A DNA stretch of 64,000 nucleotides from Candidatus Latescibacterota bacterium (GCA_965204745.1 OZ242010.1:224001-288000); one strand, 5' to 3'; positions 30,213 through 41,702 are shown, numbered from the stretch's first letter. Notes: generated from the letters alone by a model not told the origin. Translations and numbers: made by a program.

Positions 30213-31154
30213 ATGAAAAATTTAATTGACTTGAAATCCTTAACCAAACCCGTAGAGATGCTGATCGAAAAAATCTCTAATGTCGTGGGGGTTCTCTATG
30301 AACCTAAGCGGATCGAAAGAGAAGCAGAGGCTCAGGCAAAGGCTGATGTAATAAAGGCTAAGTCTGAAAATGAGATAACTGCTTTACGACAAAGATCCGA
30401 GCACCGACGGATGATGGAGGAGATGAGACATCAAAAAAATATGGAAAGTATTACTGCTAAAGCATTGCCACAATTGAATGACAATGCAGATGCTAGCCAA
30501 ATGGATGATGATTGGCTAGCCAACTTTTTTGCTAAATGCCGTATTGTCTCTAACGATGAGATGCAAACCCTGTGGTCGCGTATTTTAGCTGGCGAAGCAA
30601 ATACCCCTGGTGCTTACTCAAAAAGGACTGTTAATTGTCTTTCGGAGATGGACAAAGACGAAGCTGAGTTCTTTAAGAAGCTTTGCGGGTTTTGCTGGAG
30701 ATGCAAGATAACAAAAGATTTTCTGCCAACAAATTCTTTTGCTATCTCAAATCAAGTGTATCAAGAAGTTGTAAATGATCCAGATTTAGTGTCTCCGCTG
30801 ATATTTGATTCTAGCGATGCGATCTACAACAAACACGGCATAAGATTTGAGATTTTAGAACACTTCGATAGTATTGGACTTATCAAATTTTTTATGTCGG
30901 TGGATGATAATTTTATATGGACATTTAACGAAGATATTGGAATTTTGGGGATATACCAGGACAAGACCTTTTTTCTCTCGCCAAGTTCTATCGAAAAAGC
31001 TCAGCGCACTGTGAGACTTGGGGTGGTCTCTTTTACAGCAGTAGGAGAAGAACTTGCGACCTTGTGTGAAACTGAACCTGTTGATGGTTTTTATGACTAT
31101 GTGAAAACACAGTGGAAAGAGTATTCGCCCCTGGATATTGCTATTGAATCCTGA
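30213..31154 (+). CDS. DUF2806-like protein
   Basis: DDDWLANFF..VSNDEMQTLWSRILAGE..PGAYSKRT; AT-rich. Confidence 0.75.
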   Translation: MKNLIDLKSLTKPVEMLIEKISNVVGVLYEPKRIEREAEAQAKADVIKAKSENEITALRQRSEHRRMMEEMRHQKNMESITAKALPQLNDNADASQMDDDWLANFFAKCRIVSNDEMQTLWSRILAGEANTPGAYSKRTVNCLSEMDKDEAEFFKKLCGFCWRCKITKDFLPTNSFAISNQVYQEVVNDPDLVSPLIFDSSDAIYNKHGIRFEILEHFDSIGLIKFFMSVDDNFIWTFNEDIGILGIYQDKTFFLSPSSIEKAQRTVRLGVVSFTAVGEELATLCETEPVDGFYDYVKTQWKEYSPLDIAIES

Positions 31155-31218
31155 CGTTACGCAGTATGTCAATCCCGAACAGGAAACGAAATGGCGACGA
31201 TTCACACCCAAAATATCG
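31134..31218 (+). repeat. 85-bp direct repeat R2 (copy at 34284-34368) containing a stop codon, RBS and MATIH start
   Basis: 82/85 identical by manual alignment. Confidence 0.95.
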
Positions 31219-32306
31219 AAGACGAGAGCGGTCTTGAAATTGAACGGGAAGATCCGGAAGAGAAGATCATACATCCATTCGATCCCGATCAGATCAAGAT
31301 CAATACGCGCCATATCCTCGTCGAGCAACTCGTCGCACGCATCAAGCACAGTGAGATTGATCTCGCGCCCGATTTTCAGCGTCACAGCAATCTCTGGAAA
31401 GATGAGAACAGGAGCCGCCTTATCGAGTCACTTCTGCTACGTATTCCCATCCCAGTGTTCTATGTCGCTGCTGACGAGGATGATAACTGGTCTGTCGTCG
31501 ATGGCGTTCAGCGTATGTCAACCATTTATGATTACGTGACGGGTGTGTTTCCCTTGACGCGACTTGAATACTTGAGACTGGACGGACAGAAGTACGATGC
31601 ACTTCGGCGACCCTTGCAGCGGCGAATCAGCGAGACCCAATTCATCGTCAACGTCATTGAACCGGGTACACCGCAGGAGGTTATGTTTAATGTTTTTCGC
31701 AGAATCAATACCGGGGGCATGATGCTGAACGCGCAGGAGATTCGCCACGCGCTCAACCCAGGTCACGTCCGGGATTACCTAAAAACACTCGCCGAATCCG
31801 CCGAGTTCATCACAGCTACAAAGGGGAATATCAAGCCAATCCGGATGGCTGACCGCGAGTGCGTGTTGCGCTTTTTGGCTTTTTATATCGATTCCCCAGG
31901 GGAATATACCACCGACGATCTCGATGGTTTTCTGGGAAATGCAATGCAAAAGATCAACAAAATGAGTCATGAGGAGCGCGATGCGTGTAGCGCGGCTTTC
32001 AAGAAAGCGATGCGTGCGGCGTTCGACATTTTCGGCGAGTACGCCTTTCGCAAGACCAGCAGGAGCGATAGAAAACGCCCGATCAGCAAGATACTGTTTG
32101 AGGTCTGGAGTGCTCAGTTGGCGCGCTGTTCGCCCGATCAGATTCGCGTCCTCGTCAAACGGCGCGAGGATGTTCAACGTCGTTTCATGGAACTAATCGC
32201 AAAAGACGATGAGTTTGAACGGGCGATCTCCTTATCGACCAATACGGTTCGGCGCGTGGAGAAACGTTTTCAAGCGGTTCAACAACTCATCGAGGAATTT
32301 ATCTGA
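31191..32306 (+). CDS. DUF262 (ParB-like) protein, Menshen NsnA-like
   Basis: PDFQR, IESLLLRIPIP, VVDGVQR, FRRINTGG. Confidence 0.8.
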   Translation: MATIHTQNIEDESGLEIEREDPEEKIIHPFDPDQIKINTRHILVEQLVARIKHSEIDLAPDFQRHSNLWKDENRSRLIESLLLRIPIPVFYVAADEDDNWSVVDGVQRMSTIYDYVTGVFPLTRLEYLRLDGQKYDALRRPLQRRISETQFIVNVIEPGTPQEVMFNVFRRINTGGMMLNAQEIRHALNPGHVRDYLKTLAESAEFITATKGNIKPIRMADRECVLRFLAFYIDSPGEYTTDDLDGFLGNAMQKINKMSHEERDACSAAFKKAMRAAFDIFGEYAFRKTSRSDRKRPISKILFEVWSAQLARCSPDQIRVLVKRREDVQRRFMELIAKDDEFERAISLSTNTVRRVEKRFQAVQQLIEEFI

Positions 32307-33424
32307 TGCTAAAAAAAATAAGCCTTGCGAATTTCAAATGCTTTGAGCAGTTGGACTTGGACTGCACCTCTCTCAACTTGCTGTGCGGCTTGAACGGGAT
32401 GGGCAAGAGCAGTGTTATTCAAGCGTTGCTGGTGTTGCGGCAATCGTTTGATACCGGGGAATTGCACAACGGCAGACTCGTTTTGGGCGGAGATCGGATA
32501 GACCTCGGCGCGGGTTCAGATGTGTTGTTCGAAGGTGCTGAGCGCGATATTGTGGGTTTTGTGCTTCAAGACGACGAAATGTTGCATGAGTGGTTCATGG
32601 CCTTTGCTTATTCGCGGGATGCCGACCAATTGAGCGTGGTGATCCCCGACAAACCTACCGATTACATATCCGCTGAATGGCAAAAGGCGTCGCTGTTCGG
32701 AGGCAGGGTCGTCTATGTGAATGCGGAACGGGTCGGCCCCCGGAAGTTTTATCCGCTCTCCGAGGTGCGGGCCAGGTACGGCGACTTTGGGGCAAGCGGC
32801 GAGTACGCGTGGAATTATCTGAATCGCCATCAGAACGATCTTTTGCCGGAGAACGACCCCCGTTGCATTGGCGCGAGGCGGCGACTGCTCGATGTCGTCG
32901 ATCAATGGCTACAGCATGTATGCCCAGGCGCGCACCTGCAACTTGAGGCAGTTGTGGACGCCGACGCGGTCATTGCGGGTTTCTCGTTTGACCGGCCAGG
33001 AGATATTGCGACGCGCCGATACCGTGCGACTAACGTCGGGTTTGGCTTGTCTTACGTGCTACCGGCCATCCTCGCTCTGCTCTCGGATCGCGGGACGCTT
33101 TGCTTGATAGAGAACCCGGAGGCGCACCTGCACCCACGCGGGCAGACGAAATTGGCGGAATTGGCGGCCCGAGCCGCGAGCGCAGGGATCCAAGTATTCG
33201 CCGAGACCCACAGCGATCATTTCATCGACGGCGTCCGCATTGCGGTCAGAGATGAACTCATCGCACCGGAGGACACGGCGTTTCACTACTTTGAACGCGA
33301 CGGGAGCGAGACGGTTGTCACTTCTCCCCAAGTAGATGCGGATGGTCGGCTGTCGCACTGGCCGGAAGGATTTTTCGATCAGCACGAAGAAAATTTGGCT
33401 CAACTGATCGGCCCGAGGTCGTAA
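32306..33424 (+). CDS. ABC/AAA ATPase with DUF3696, Menshen NsnB-like
   Basis: GLNGMGKS, NVGFG, IENPEAHLHP, ETHSDH, WPEGFFDQ. Confidence 0.85.
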   Translation: MLKKISLANFKCFEQLDLDCTSLNLLCGLNGMGKSSVIQALLVLRQSFDTGELHNGRLVLGGDRIDLGAGSDVLFEGAERDIVGFVLQDDEMLHEWFMAFAYSRDADQLSVVIPDKPTDYISAEWQKASLFGGRVVYVNAERVGPRKFYPLSEVRARYGDFGASGEYAWNYLNRHQNDLLPENDPRCIGARRRLLDVVDQWLQHVCPGAHLQLEAVVDADAVIAGFSFDRPGDIATRRYRATNVGFGLSYVLPAILALLSDRGTLCLIENPEAHLHPRGQTKLAELAARAASAGIQVFAETHSDHFIDGVRIAVRDELIAPEDTAFHYFERDGSETVVTSPQVDADGRLSHWPEGFFDQHEENLAQLIGPRS

Positions 33425-33425
33425 T

Positions 33426-34247
33426 ATGCGCGAAATGGTACTCAACCACGCGAGCCTTGGTTCGCCCGATCAACATACCGCCGTAGGGTGGCTGAAAGAG
33501 GTGACGGTCGGCATGAAGATGCTGGTTAGGGACAAAATCGCAAAACCTACTCTGAGAATGCGTCAGTCCCATGCTGAAATCCTTTGCCTGTCTAACTGGT
33601 CGCTGGGGGACGCGCTTCAGGAACTGCGGAAAGGTGGGGCGCGAGATGAGTACTTATTTTTTGCGCGCCTGACATCCAAGGTTCCACTTTTGTGCGACAT
33701 CGATCATGAGGTTGCAGATCGGTTTCGGGCGTGCGAGGCGACGACATTGCCGCCGGAAGATGGAGAGCCACTCGTTTTGTGCGCTATCACCGATGGCATA
33801 GCGGTTGGGTTTCCATCGGCTCCGGTTTGGGACTGCGATCAGCTAACGATCCATTTTGATGAACTACTGCCCGATGAAAGTATTGGGGAAGCGTCTGAAA
33901 TAATTGACAATCTCACGCGGTCCGCCCATGTTCAACCGATCTGTGAACGACATCGCGCTGGTCTCTGCGATCAATTCCCAAACGCCGCCGCATTGTGGAA
34001 TGGCACCGACCAATTCAGGGAAGCATTTGCAAAGCTCCCGCAACGCATCCAACGACTAGCAAAAAAACAACTCACCCTCTTTTTTCAAAACTACCGCTAT
34101 CCCTCTCTGCAAACCAAAAAAATGGAAGGTCACAATGATCTTTTTGAAGGCAGAATTACCAGAGGCTACCGCTTTATCTATCGCATGACTGGTGATACTT
34201 GTTATATCATCGACATTGGTACGCACGATGTTCTAAATCGGTATTAA
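33426..34247 (+). CDS. NsnC-position protein fused to C-terminal RelE/ParE-like domain
   Basis: Third gene of operon; last 80 aa (YPSLQTKKMEG..RITRGYRFIY..DIGTHD) RelE-like and begin exactly at repeat R1. Confidence 0.65.
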   Translation: MREMVLNHASLGSPDQHTAVGWLKEVTVGMKMLVRDKIAKPTLRMRQSHAEILCLSNWSLGDALQELRKGGARDEYLFFARLTSKVPLLCDIDHEVADRFRACEATTLPPEDGEPLVLCAITDGIAVGFPSAPVWDCDQLTIHFDELLPDESIGEASEIIDNLTRSAHVQPICERHRAGLCDQFPNAAALWNGTDQFREAFAKLPQRIQRLAKKQLTLFFQNYRYPSLQTKKMEGHNDLFEGRITRGYRFIYRMTGDTCYIIDIGTHDVLNRY

Positions 34248-34340
34248 AGGGCGAAGTGTAGGTAATCCTCCTCATCCTGGGGAGATGTTGCTATTGAATC
34301 CTGACGTTACGCAGTATGTCAATCCCGAACAGGAAACGAA

Positions 34341-34565
34341 ATGGCGACGATTCACATCCAAAGTATCGGTGAGAAAGTGTTGCTGCCACAAAGCGAACTC
34401 GAACGCCTCGTAGAATTGCACCGCGAAGATATCGTCTTGGACAGACGGGAAGACGGTGCGTCAACAGGACGTATCATGCACTTGGTGGCCCAAAGCGGCG
34501 CGTTTGACTTTTGGAAAGAGGAAGGAGAAGATATTTACTCCTTCGAGGACGGAGAACCGGTGTGA
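34341..34565 (+). CDS. putative antitoxin of PemK/MazF-type pair
   Basis: Acidic C-terminus AFDFWKEEGEDIYSFEDGEPV; GTGA overlap with MazF-like stub. Confidence 0.65.
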   Translation: MATIHIQSIGEKVLLPQSELERLVELHREDIVLDRREDGASTGRIMHLVAQSGAFDFWKEEGEDIYSFEDGEPV

Positions 34566-35773
34566 CGCGCCCAACGCTTTTTCGCGGTCAAGTGGTACTG
34601 ACGCGGTTTCCATTTACAAAACAAATTTTAAGGCCGCTTTACATGAATAATCTAGAAATTTTCACTCCTGAAGAACGAGAGGAAAACGAAAAACGAAAGC
34701 GTGAACTAATTGAACTTGTTGCTTCAAGAGAGTCTGTACTCATCGTTGGGGCTGGAAGTAGTGTTCGTGTGGGCTATGTGGATTGGTCTCGTCTTCTAAA
34801 AGAACTGGAGGATTTAGCCATCGCCTGGGGTGAAGATTTTGTGAAAGATGATAGAAAGCGCGAAAATGACCCATTAGAATACGCTGAAGATATCAAATCG
34901 CATATTGATAAAACAGGCAACTTAGCCAAATATCATGCGTTGCTCTATGACTTGTTTAAGCCCAAGACTCCTTCGTTTGATGATTTACACAAAACGCTGG
35001 TCGCGTTACCCTTCAGAGGAATTTTAACGACAAACTACGATACAGTGCTCGAAGCCGCGTTAGCTGAACAAGAACCGCTAACTGCTTTTGACAACTCATT
35101 GGTTATTGATAGCAGATCCGCCGCTCGAGTTGATGAATTTTTCAGGGCAATGATTGATAGCAACCTAACACGACGTATTGCACACTTACACGGAAAATTT
35201 GAGCCTCCAGATAGCATTATTCTAAGTATCAAAGACTACGAAAGGGCTTACGGTTTGAAGCTACCTATAAATCAAGTGCAGAAAGATAGAGATTTTGAAT
35301 GGACACTTCGCCGAAAATTTTTGTGGGCTGTATTCGCTACTCGCCGCGTCGTTTTTATAGGTTTCAGCATGAGAGACCCCTATCTTAACAAAATGTTGGA
35401 GACTGTCAGCACAGATTTGTGGAAATGGGGACAATCTACACACATTGCGATTATGAGTATCTCGCCCCAAAATGCCGATACCGACAAACAAGAGGCAGAA
35501 CTACTCAAAAACAAGTATGGTGTTGACACGGTATTCTACGAAGATTTAGATGGGTCGCATCTACGTTTAGACCATTTCGTCTCTGAAATCTCCAAAGTTT
35601 GTGAGAGTGAGCGTCAGTCAACCATTGCTCCAGCGATAAACCAGCCAAGTGCTAGAGATCGATCCGAATATGAAAAACCAAGACCCAATGAGAGTGCGTC
35701 TCAAGGTGTATTGAATTGGCTAGAACAAGTGAATGAACGTCTGGAAAGGGGCATTAACGACGATGAAAATTAA
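34562..35773 (+). CDS. SIR2_2-family NADase-like effector (own ATG at 34643; in-frame MazF-like 19-codon stub upstream)
   Basis: VGAGSS, LTTNYD, HLHG, FIGFSMRDP. Confidence 0.85.
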   Translation: MTRPTLFRGQVVLTRFPFTKQILRPLYMNNLEIFTPEEREENEKRKRELIELVASRESVLIVGAGSSVRVGYVDWSRLLKELEDLAIAWGEDFVKDDRKRENDPLEYAEDIKSHIDKTGNLAKYHALLYDLFKPKTPSFDDLHKTLVALPFRGILTTNYDTVLEAALAEQEPLTAFDNSLVIDSRSAARVDEFFRAMIDSNLTRRIAHLHGKFEPPDSIILSIKDYERAYGLKLPINQVQKDRDFEWTLRRKFLWAVFATRRVVFIGFSMRDPYLNKMLETVSTDLWKWGQSTHIAIMSISPQNADTDKQEAELLKNKYGVDTVFYEDLDGSHLRLDHFVSEISKVCESERQSTIAPAINQPSARDRSEYEKPRPNESASQGVLNWLEQVNERLERGINDDEN

Positions 35774-38700
35774 ACGAAAAAAATTGCTTGAGGACTTGCA
35801 GAGCTTTGCTTCGCAAGGAAATGGCGTAATTATCGGCAATCCTGGCGTTGGAAAAACATATCTACTGAAAGAACTTCGCCGAAGCCTAAAGTCCGAAGGA
35901 ACGCCTCATCTCCTTTTGCGGATTGACCAACTCGGTGATGGCACGGACAAAACGTTGCGGCAAGTGTTGTCGTACGAAGGTGATCTGATTGAAAAGTTGA
36001 AGTTCGTTCCCACTTCACACGAGAAATCAATTCTATTGTTTGACGCCTTTGACGCTGCTCGAAATGAACAGACGCGCAAACGCTTTCTGCACCTAATCCA
36101 ACGAGCAATCCATGAACTCAGCGAGTCGTGGAATGTCGTCGTTACGGTACGAACTTACGACGCAATGAAATCGCAAGAACTATTGGATATGTTTGGCAAT
36201 CCTTATGGCACCGATCTACCCCAATACCATAGCAAAGAGATTTTATGCCGACATTTCACAATTCCACCTTTGAATGAAGATGAAATTCAACAAGCCTTTG
36301 ACCAGATTCCGCATCTGGAGTCTATCTACAAATCTGGCTCTCAAGACTTTAAGTGCCTCCTTGCAAATCCATTCAATATCTGGCTATTGAAAAAAATCCT
36401 AAAGACCTCACAGAACATTCCCGATTTTAGTCACATTCATTCTGAAGTCCAATTACTCGGTTTGTTTTGGCAACGACGCATTGAGTCTTCAAGCGATGCA
36501 GATGCCCGTGGGTTTATCCTCACAAAGATCGCACGTCAGATGGTTGAGGAACGTTCACTGACCGTCAGGCAGGAAGACATTTATGAAAACCTACGCCTTG
36601 ACAAAGCAATGAGATGGACAGCATGGAATGGTCTCCTAAGCGATGAGATATTGTCCAAGGTTTCCTCAACAGGACAACGTATTGCTTTTTCTCACAACAT
36701 TCTCTTTGACTATGCAATCAGCGTCTTGCTCATTGAAGACGCCCCCAAAAAACTCGAAGTTTTTGTGCGTGAAGACCCATCGCGTCCGCTCTTTCTCCGC
36801 CCAAGCCTCACATATTTTTTTACTCGCCTCTGGTACTATGATGAGGCTCCTGAAAAATTTTGGAACGCTTTCTGGCATATTTTACCAAGCGATCAATCTG
36901 CACATTTGCGTCTATTTGCACGCTTGATTCCGACGAGTGTTGTCGCAAATGAGGCCCGCAAAATCACGCAGTTGAAACCAATTTTGAAGAAACTAAAGCA
37001 GAGAGAAGAACTCGCAAACGAAGCGACAATGCGGCTTTTGCAATCACTCCGTGCCCTACAGATCGAACGCGACGAACTTTGGATCGGGTTCTTCAACCAG
37101 GTTTCGGCACACTATCACGCCGACTTTGCCTGGGATTTGGCAACCCGCACTTCAGATATTCTTGAACGAGCGACAAACACCGATAACACGGCTATCATAG
37201 ACGCTTGTGGACGAGTTGGCCGTCGACTGCTCGGATGGGTATGGCAAGAAAGAGAGACAAGTGGTAATGATTGGTATAATCGGCTTGGTAGTTTTCGGGC
37301 GGTGCCGCTTGTCGCCAAAACGTATGGTACAAATGTCAAAGAATCGCGTCCTCTTCTCGAAAAGGTTCTCGAACTAACAAAAGAAGATAACTTCCCAATA
37401 AATTTTCTCACGCAGTTGGCCAGACATGTTGACAACATTTGGGGTTCTGATCCCGCGTTTGTCGCCTTGACCTATTGCACGGTATTCACACATTCCGAGA
37501 CGGGCGATGCACAGACAAACCTACCCATAAGTAGCCCCCTTTTAACTTTCACAAGCAATCGCCGCCAAGACTACGGCAGTTGTCAATATCTGTTGATAAA
37601 ACATTTCCCCGCCTTTCTTCAGGCAAATCCATTAGTCGCAACGCGAGCGGCGATCCGAAGTCTGATTTTTTTTGTTAAGAAAGAACATATTGACGGATAC
37701 CTCAAAGAAGGTGTGAAGGGTGAAGATTTGATAGAGACATTCGAGTTTCGTGGAAAAGACGCGTACTTTGTGCAAGACAATAGTTGTATATGGGATGAAC
37801 GAGAGTACCGCAATGAACCAATTGAAATTGCGGATAAGTTATTTCAATTCATCGCCGAAACGGCACGGTCAAACGGTTCGCTTCTCGATTCACTGCTCGA
37901 TGTTTTCCGTGATGAAGTGGGAGTCGCTTTTTTTTGGAAACGGCTCTTGAAGACAGCGGCTCAGTTTCCCGATGTTTTCGCACCGCACTTGTTTGAACTT
38001 TGTATAGCGAAACCGATACAAATAGGGGGCGATGCCCTTCATGAGCTCGGTCTATTTTTAGAAGCGGTTGCCTCTAAGTTTACGCCCGAACAACTGCGCC
38101 GGATTGAAGAGACCATTTTGGGACTTCCTTCGGAAGCAACGAGCGAAGATGACGCCAAAATCTTTGAACGACGGAGAAATCGGCTCATATCAAGGATATC
38201 GAGTGACTTGCTTCAAACGCGAGACGCCAAAGAGATCAAAAAAGAAATGGAGCGAACGGATCGAGTGCCCCCAAACGAGCCTTTATTCAGCTACAAATCT
38301 TGGTCAGAACCCTATACTGAAGAAAAGTGGCTTCGAGATCAAGGTGTTGACACCGCCACGCCGGAAAATCAAGAATTACAATGCTTTTTCGGGCCTCTCG
38401 ATAAATTCAGATTAGAGTGGTTAAATAAAATACCAACAGAGGAAGCCACCGAGTTGATTTTACCGCCATTACAGGAGGCATACGCCACCGTAAATGAAAA
38501 TAATAAAGCGACGAAAAAGATAATTGATTCTCTTTGGTATAAGTTGACTGCTTGCGTTGCAGTCCTCGGCCGAGTTACTAACCTTGAGAGCAAATGGTTC
38601 TCTTTTTGCCGTCAAGTGCTTCTACAAGCTGCAAAACATGAACTGCCCAAGCTAGATACAAGCGATGTTCAATCCGATACTCCTATGTATTCCCCATTTC

Positions 38701-39824
38701 CACGGCATGAAGCTGCCCAAGGACTACTAAGGCTCGCAACTCGCCAACCTGATGCGAAAATGTTAGACGCAATTGAGTCACTTGCCAGTGACCCTGTGCC
38801 ATCTGTTCGGACGGTGGCAGCGATGGAGTTGTTCCGAATTTACGACAAAAAGCCAGAAAGATTCTGGAACATCCTAGAGAATAGGGCAACGCATGAAACG
38901 ACTCACGTCGTACAAAAATACCTCTGCTATACATTGACTCAAGTGACCAAGAAAAAAAAAGAAAATGAAGATAAGACGACCCGTATCATGGATAAGATGC
39001 TCAAGCGTACACCGCCACCTAAAGAGAACGGAGAGCTAACAGATTCGTTTATTGATTTGTTGATGGAGTTGGCAATTGACCGCGAAAATTCATGGGCATT
39101 GAAAACTATAAAAGATACCCTTTTCGATGATCCAATCCGATTCGCTAACCCCTTGAGTCAGGCCGTGTCTCATGTTATGGAAGAGTATGTCGTCCCGAAG
39201 AACCTCGAAACACCTCAAAAAGAAAAAACTATTCAACGAGCTATTAAATGGTTGGAACAAGCGATTGATGCCACTTCTTCCGCAGTTCGGGAATTAGCCT
39301 GCAATAATACTGAGGAAAACAAAAAAAAATTGTGTGATGCCTACCAAGTGATTGATGAAGTGATCAAGCGTCTTTACTTTGAAGTTGCATACGAAAGCCA
39401 AACATCTGAGGAGTCCACAGAGAAAATTTCTGGTGAGTTGCGCTGTCGCTTCTATAACGAAGTAAAGTCGCTGATGAAACGGATCATCCATTTCGCATTA
39501 GACGGAGATAACGGCGTCATGTTTGCATCGACAGCACATTACTTCATGCAACTTCTAAGGAGTTTTCTAAGTTGTAATCCAAAAGAGGTCTTGCACTTAG
39601 CCGAAGGTGTCGCAAGGTCGAGTGAACCGTCCGGTTACAATCTCGATTCCCTTGCGGTTGCAGAGGTTGTCAAATTCGTCGAGATTGTCCTTGCCGACCA
39701 CCGGGACGCGGTGAGCGATGAACAAAGCTTGGAAGATATGCTGAATCTATTGGATATTTTCGCCAAAACAGGTTGGTCGGATGCACTTAGACTCGTTTGG
39801 CGTCTCGATGAGGTTTTTCGATAG
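35763..39824 (+). CDS. large STAND/NACHT-like ATPase with long helical C-terminus (Avs-like)
   Basis: Walker A GNPGVGKT, Walker B LLFDAFD, VTVR sensor, NPF, FSHNILFDY; 1353 aa; no N-terminal effector. Confidence 0.75.
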   Translation: MKIKRKKLLEDLQSFASQGNGVIIGNPGVGKTYLLKELRRSLKSEGTPHLLLRIDQLGDGTDKTLRQVLSYEGDLIEKLKFVPTSHEKSILLFDAFDAARNEQTRKRFLHLIQRAIHELSESWNVVVTVRTYDAMKSQELLDMFGNPYGTDLPQYHSKEILCRHFTIPPLNEDEIQQAFDQIPHLESIYKSGSQDFKCLLANPFNIWLLKKILKTSQNIPDFSHIHSEVQLLGLFWQRRIESSSDADARGFILTKIARQMVEERSLTVRQEDIYENLRLDKAMRWTAWNGLLSDEILSKVSSTGQRIAFSHNILFDYAISVLLIEDAPKKLEVFVREDPSRPLFLRPSLTYFFTRLWYYDEAPEKFWNAFWHILPSDQSAHLRLFARLIPTSVVANEARKITQLKPILKKLKQREELANEATMRLLQSLRALQIERDELWIGFFNQVSAHYHADFAWDLATRTSDILERATNTDNTAIIDACGRVGRRLLGWVWQERETSGNDWYNRLGSFRAVPLVAKTYGTNVKESRPLLEKVLELTKEDNFPINFLTQLARHVDNIWGSDPAFVALTYCTVFTHSETGDAQTNLPISSPLLTFTSNRRQDYGSCQYLLIKHFPAFLQANPLVATRAAIRSLIFFVKKEHIDGYLKEGVKGEDLIETFEFRGKDAYFVQDNSCIWDEREYRNEPIEIADKLFQFIAETARSNGSLLDSLLDVFRDEVGVAFFWKRLLKTAAQFPDVFAPHLFELCIAKPIQIGGDALHELGLFLEAVASKFTPEQLRRIEETILGLPSEATSEDDAKIFERRRNRLISRISSDLLQTRDAKEIKKEMERTDRVPPNEPLFSYKSWSEPYTEEKWLRDQGVDTATPENQELQCFFGPLDKFRLEWLNKIPTEEATELILPPLQEAYATVNENNKATKKIIDSLWYKLTACVAVLGRVTNLESKWFSFCRQVLLQAAKHELPKLDTSDVQSDTPMYSPFPRHEAAQGLLRLATRQPDAKMLDAIESLASDPVPSVRTVAAMELFRIYDKKPERFWNILENRATHETTHVVQKYLCYTLTQVTKKKKENEDKTTRIMDKMLKRTPPPKENGELTDSFIDLLMELAIDRENSWALKTIKDTLFDDPIRFANPLSQAVSHVMEEYVVPKNLETPQKEKTIQRAIKWLEQAIDATSSAVRELACNNTEENKKKLCDAYQVIDEVIKRLYFEVAYESQTSEESTEKISGELRCRFYNEVKSLMKRIIHFALDGDNGVMFASTAHYFMQLLRSFLSCNPKEVLHLAEGVARSSEPSGYNLDSLAVAEVVKFVEIVLADHRDAVSDEQSLEDMLNLLDIFAKTGWSDALRLVWRLDEVFR

Positions 39825-39922
39825 GTTTATCATAAGATTGACTTGCCCCCGGTTTGTTCTAAAATTGTGTCACCTCAATTATTTTTTGAATCCCATTCCT
39901 TACCACCCTCATTCACAGGAGA

Positions 39923-41317
<1,395 letters not shown>

Positions 41318-41469
41318 GTCGCCCCGTTGGCATACCACAACCCAAAACGCACACTCTGAAAGGCATGATTCAGACCATGGCAAAGACCATCCACAAGCCT
41401 GAACCGGAACGGTTGCAACCGCCGGACCAATCCCAAAAGCGTCGCATTCCACAACGAGAGGAGCGTATC

Positions 41470-41679
41470 ATGACCGTCAGGGAATTGAAAGAAGTGATGG
41501 ATCAGCGATTTGAAGCTCAAGACAAGCGCATTGATCAGGGGTTTGATGCCGTTAATCAACGGCTTGATGCCATTGACAAGCGGTTTGACGATTTGTGGAA
41601 GTTCGCGGCGATCATCGTCGCGCTGACGACGCTTTTTGTTTCCACTGTTGTCGGTCTTCTGGTGTATTTTAAGGGATAG
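41470..41679 (+). CDS. small coiled-coil protein with C-terminal TM
   Basis: GAGGAG SD; DQRF/DKRI/DKRF repeats then hydrophobic tail. Confidence 0.65.
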   Translation: MTVRELKEVMDQRFEAQDKRIDQGFDAVNQRLDAIDKRFDDLWKFAAIIVALTTLFVSTVVGLLVYFKG

Positions 41680-41702
41680 GCGTTTAGGCGTTGTGGTTTA
41701 AC

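Noticed and set aside
26083-39824. Classical integron, prophage or ICE
   Set aside because: No integrase, attC-like palindromes, phage or conjugation genes recognised
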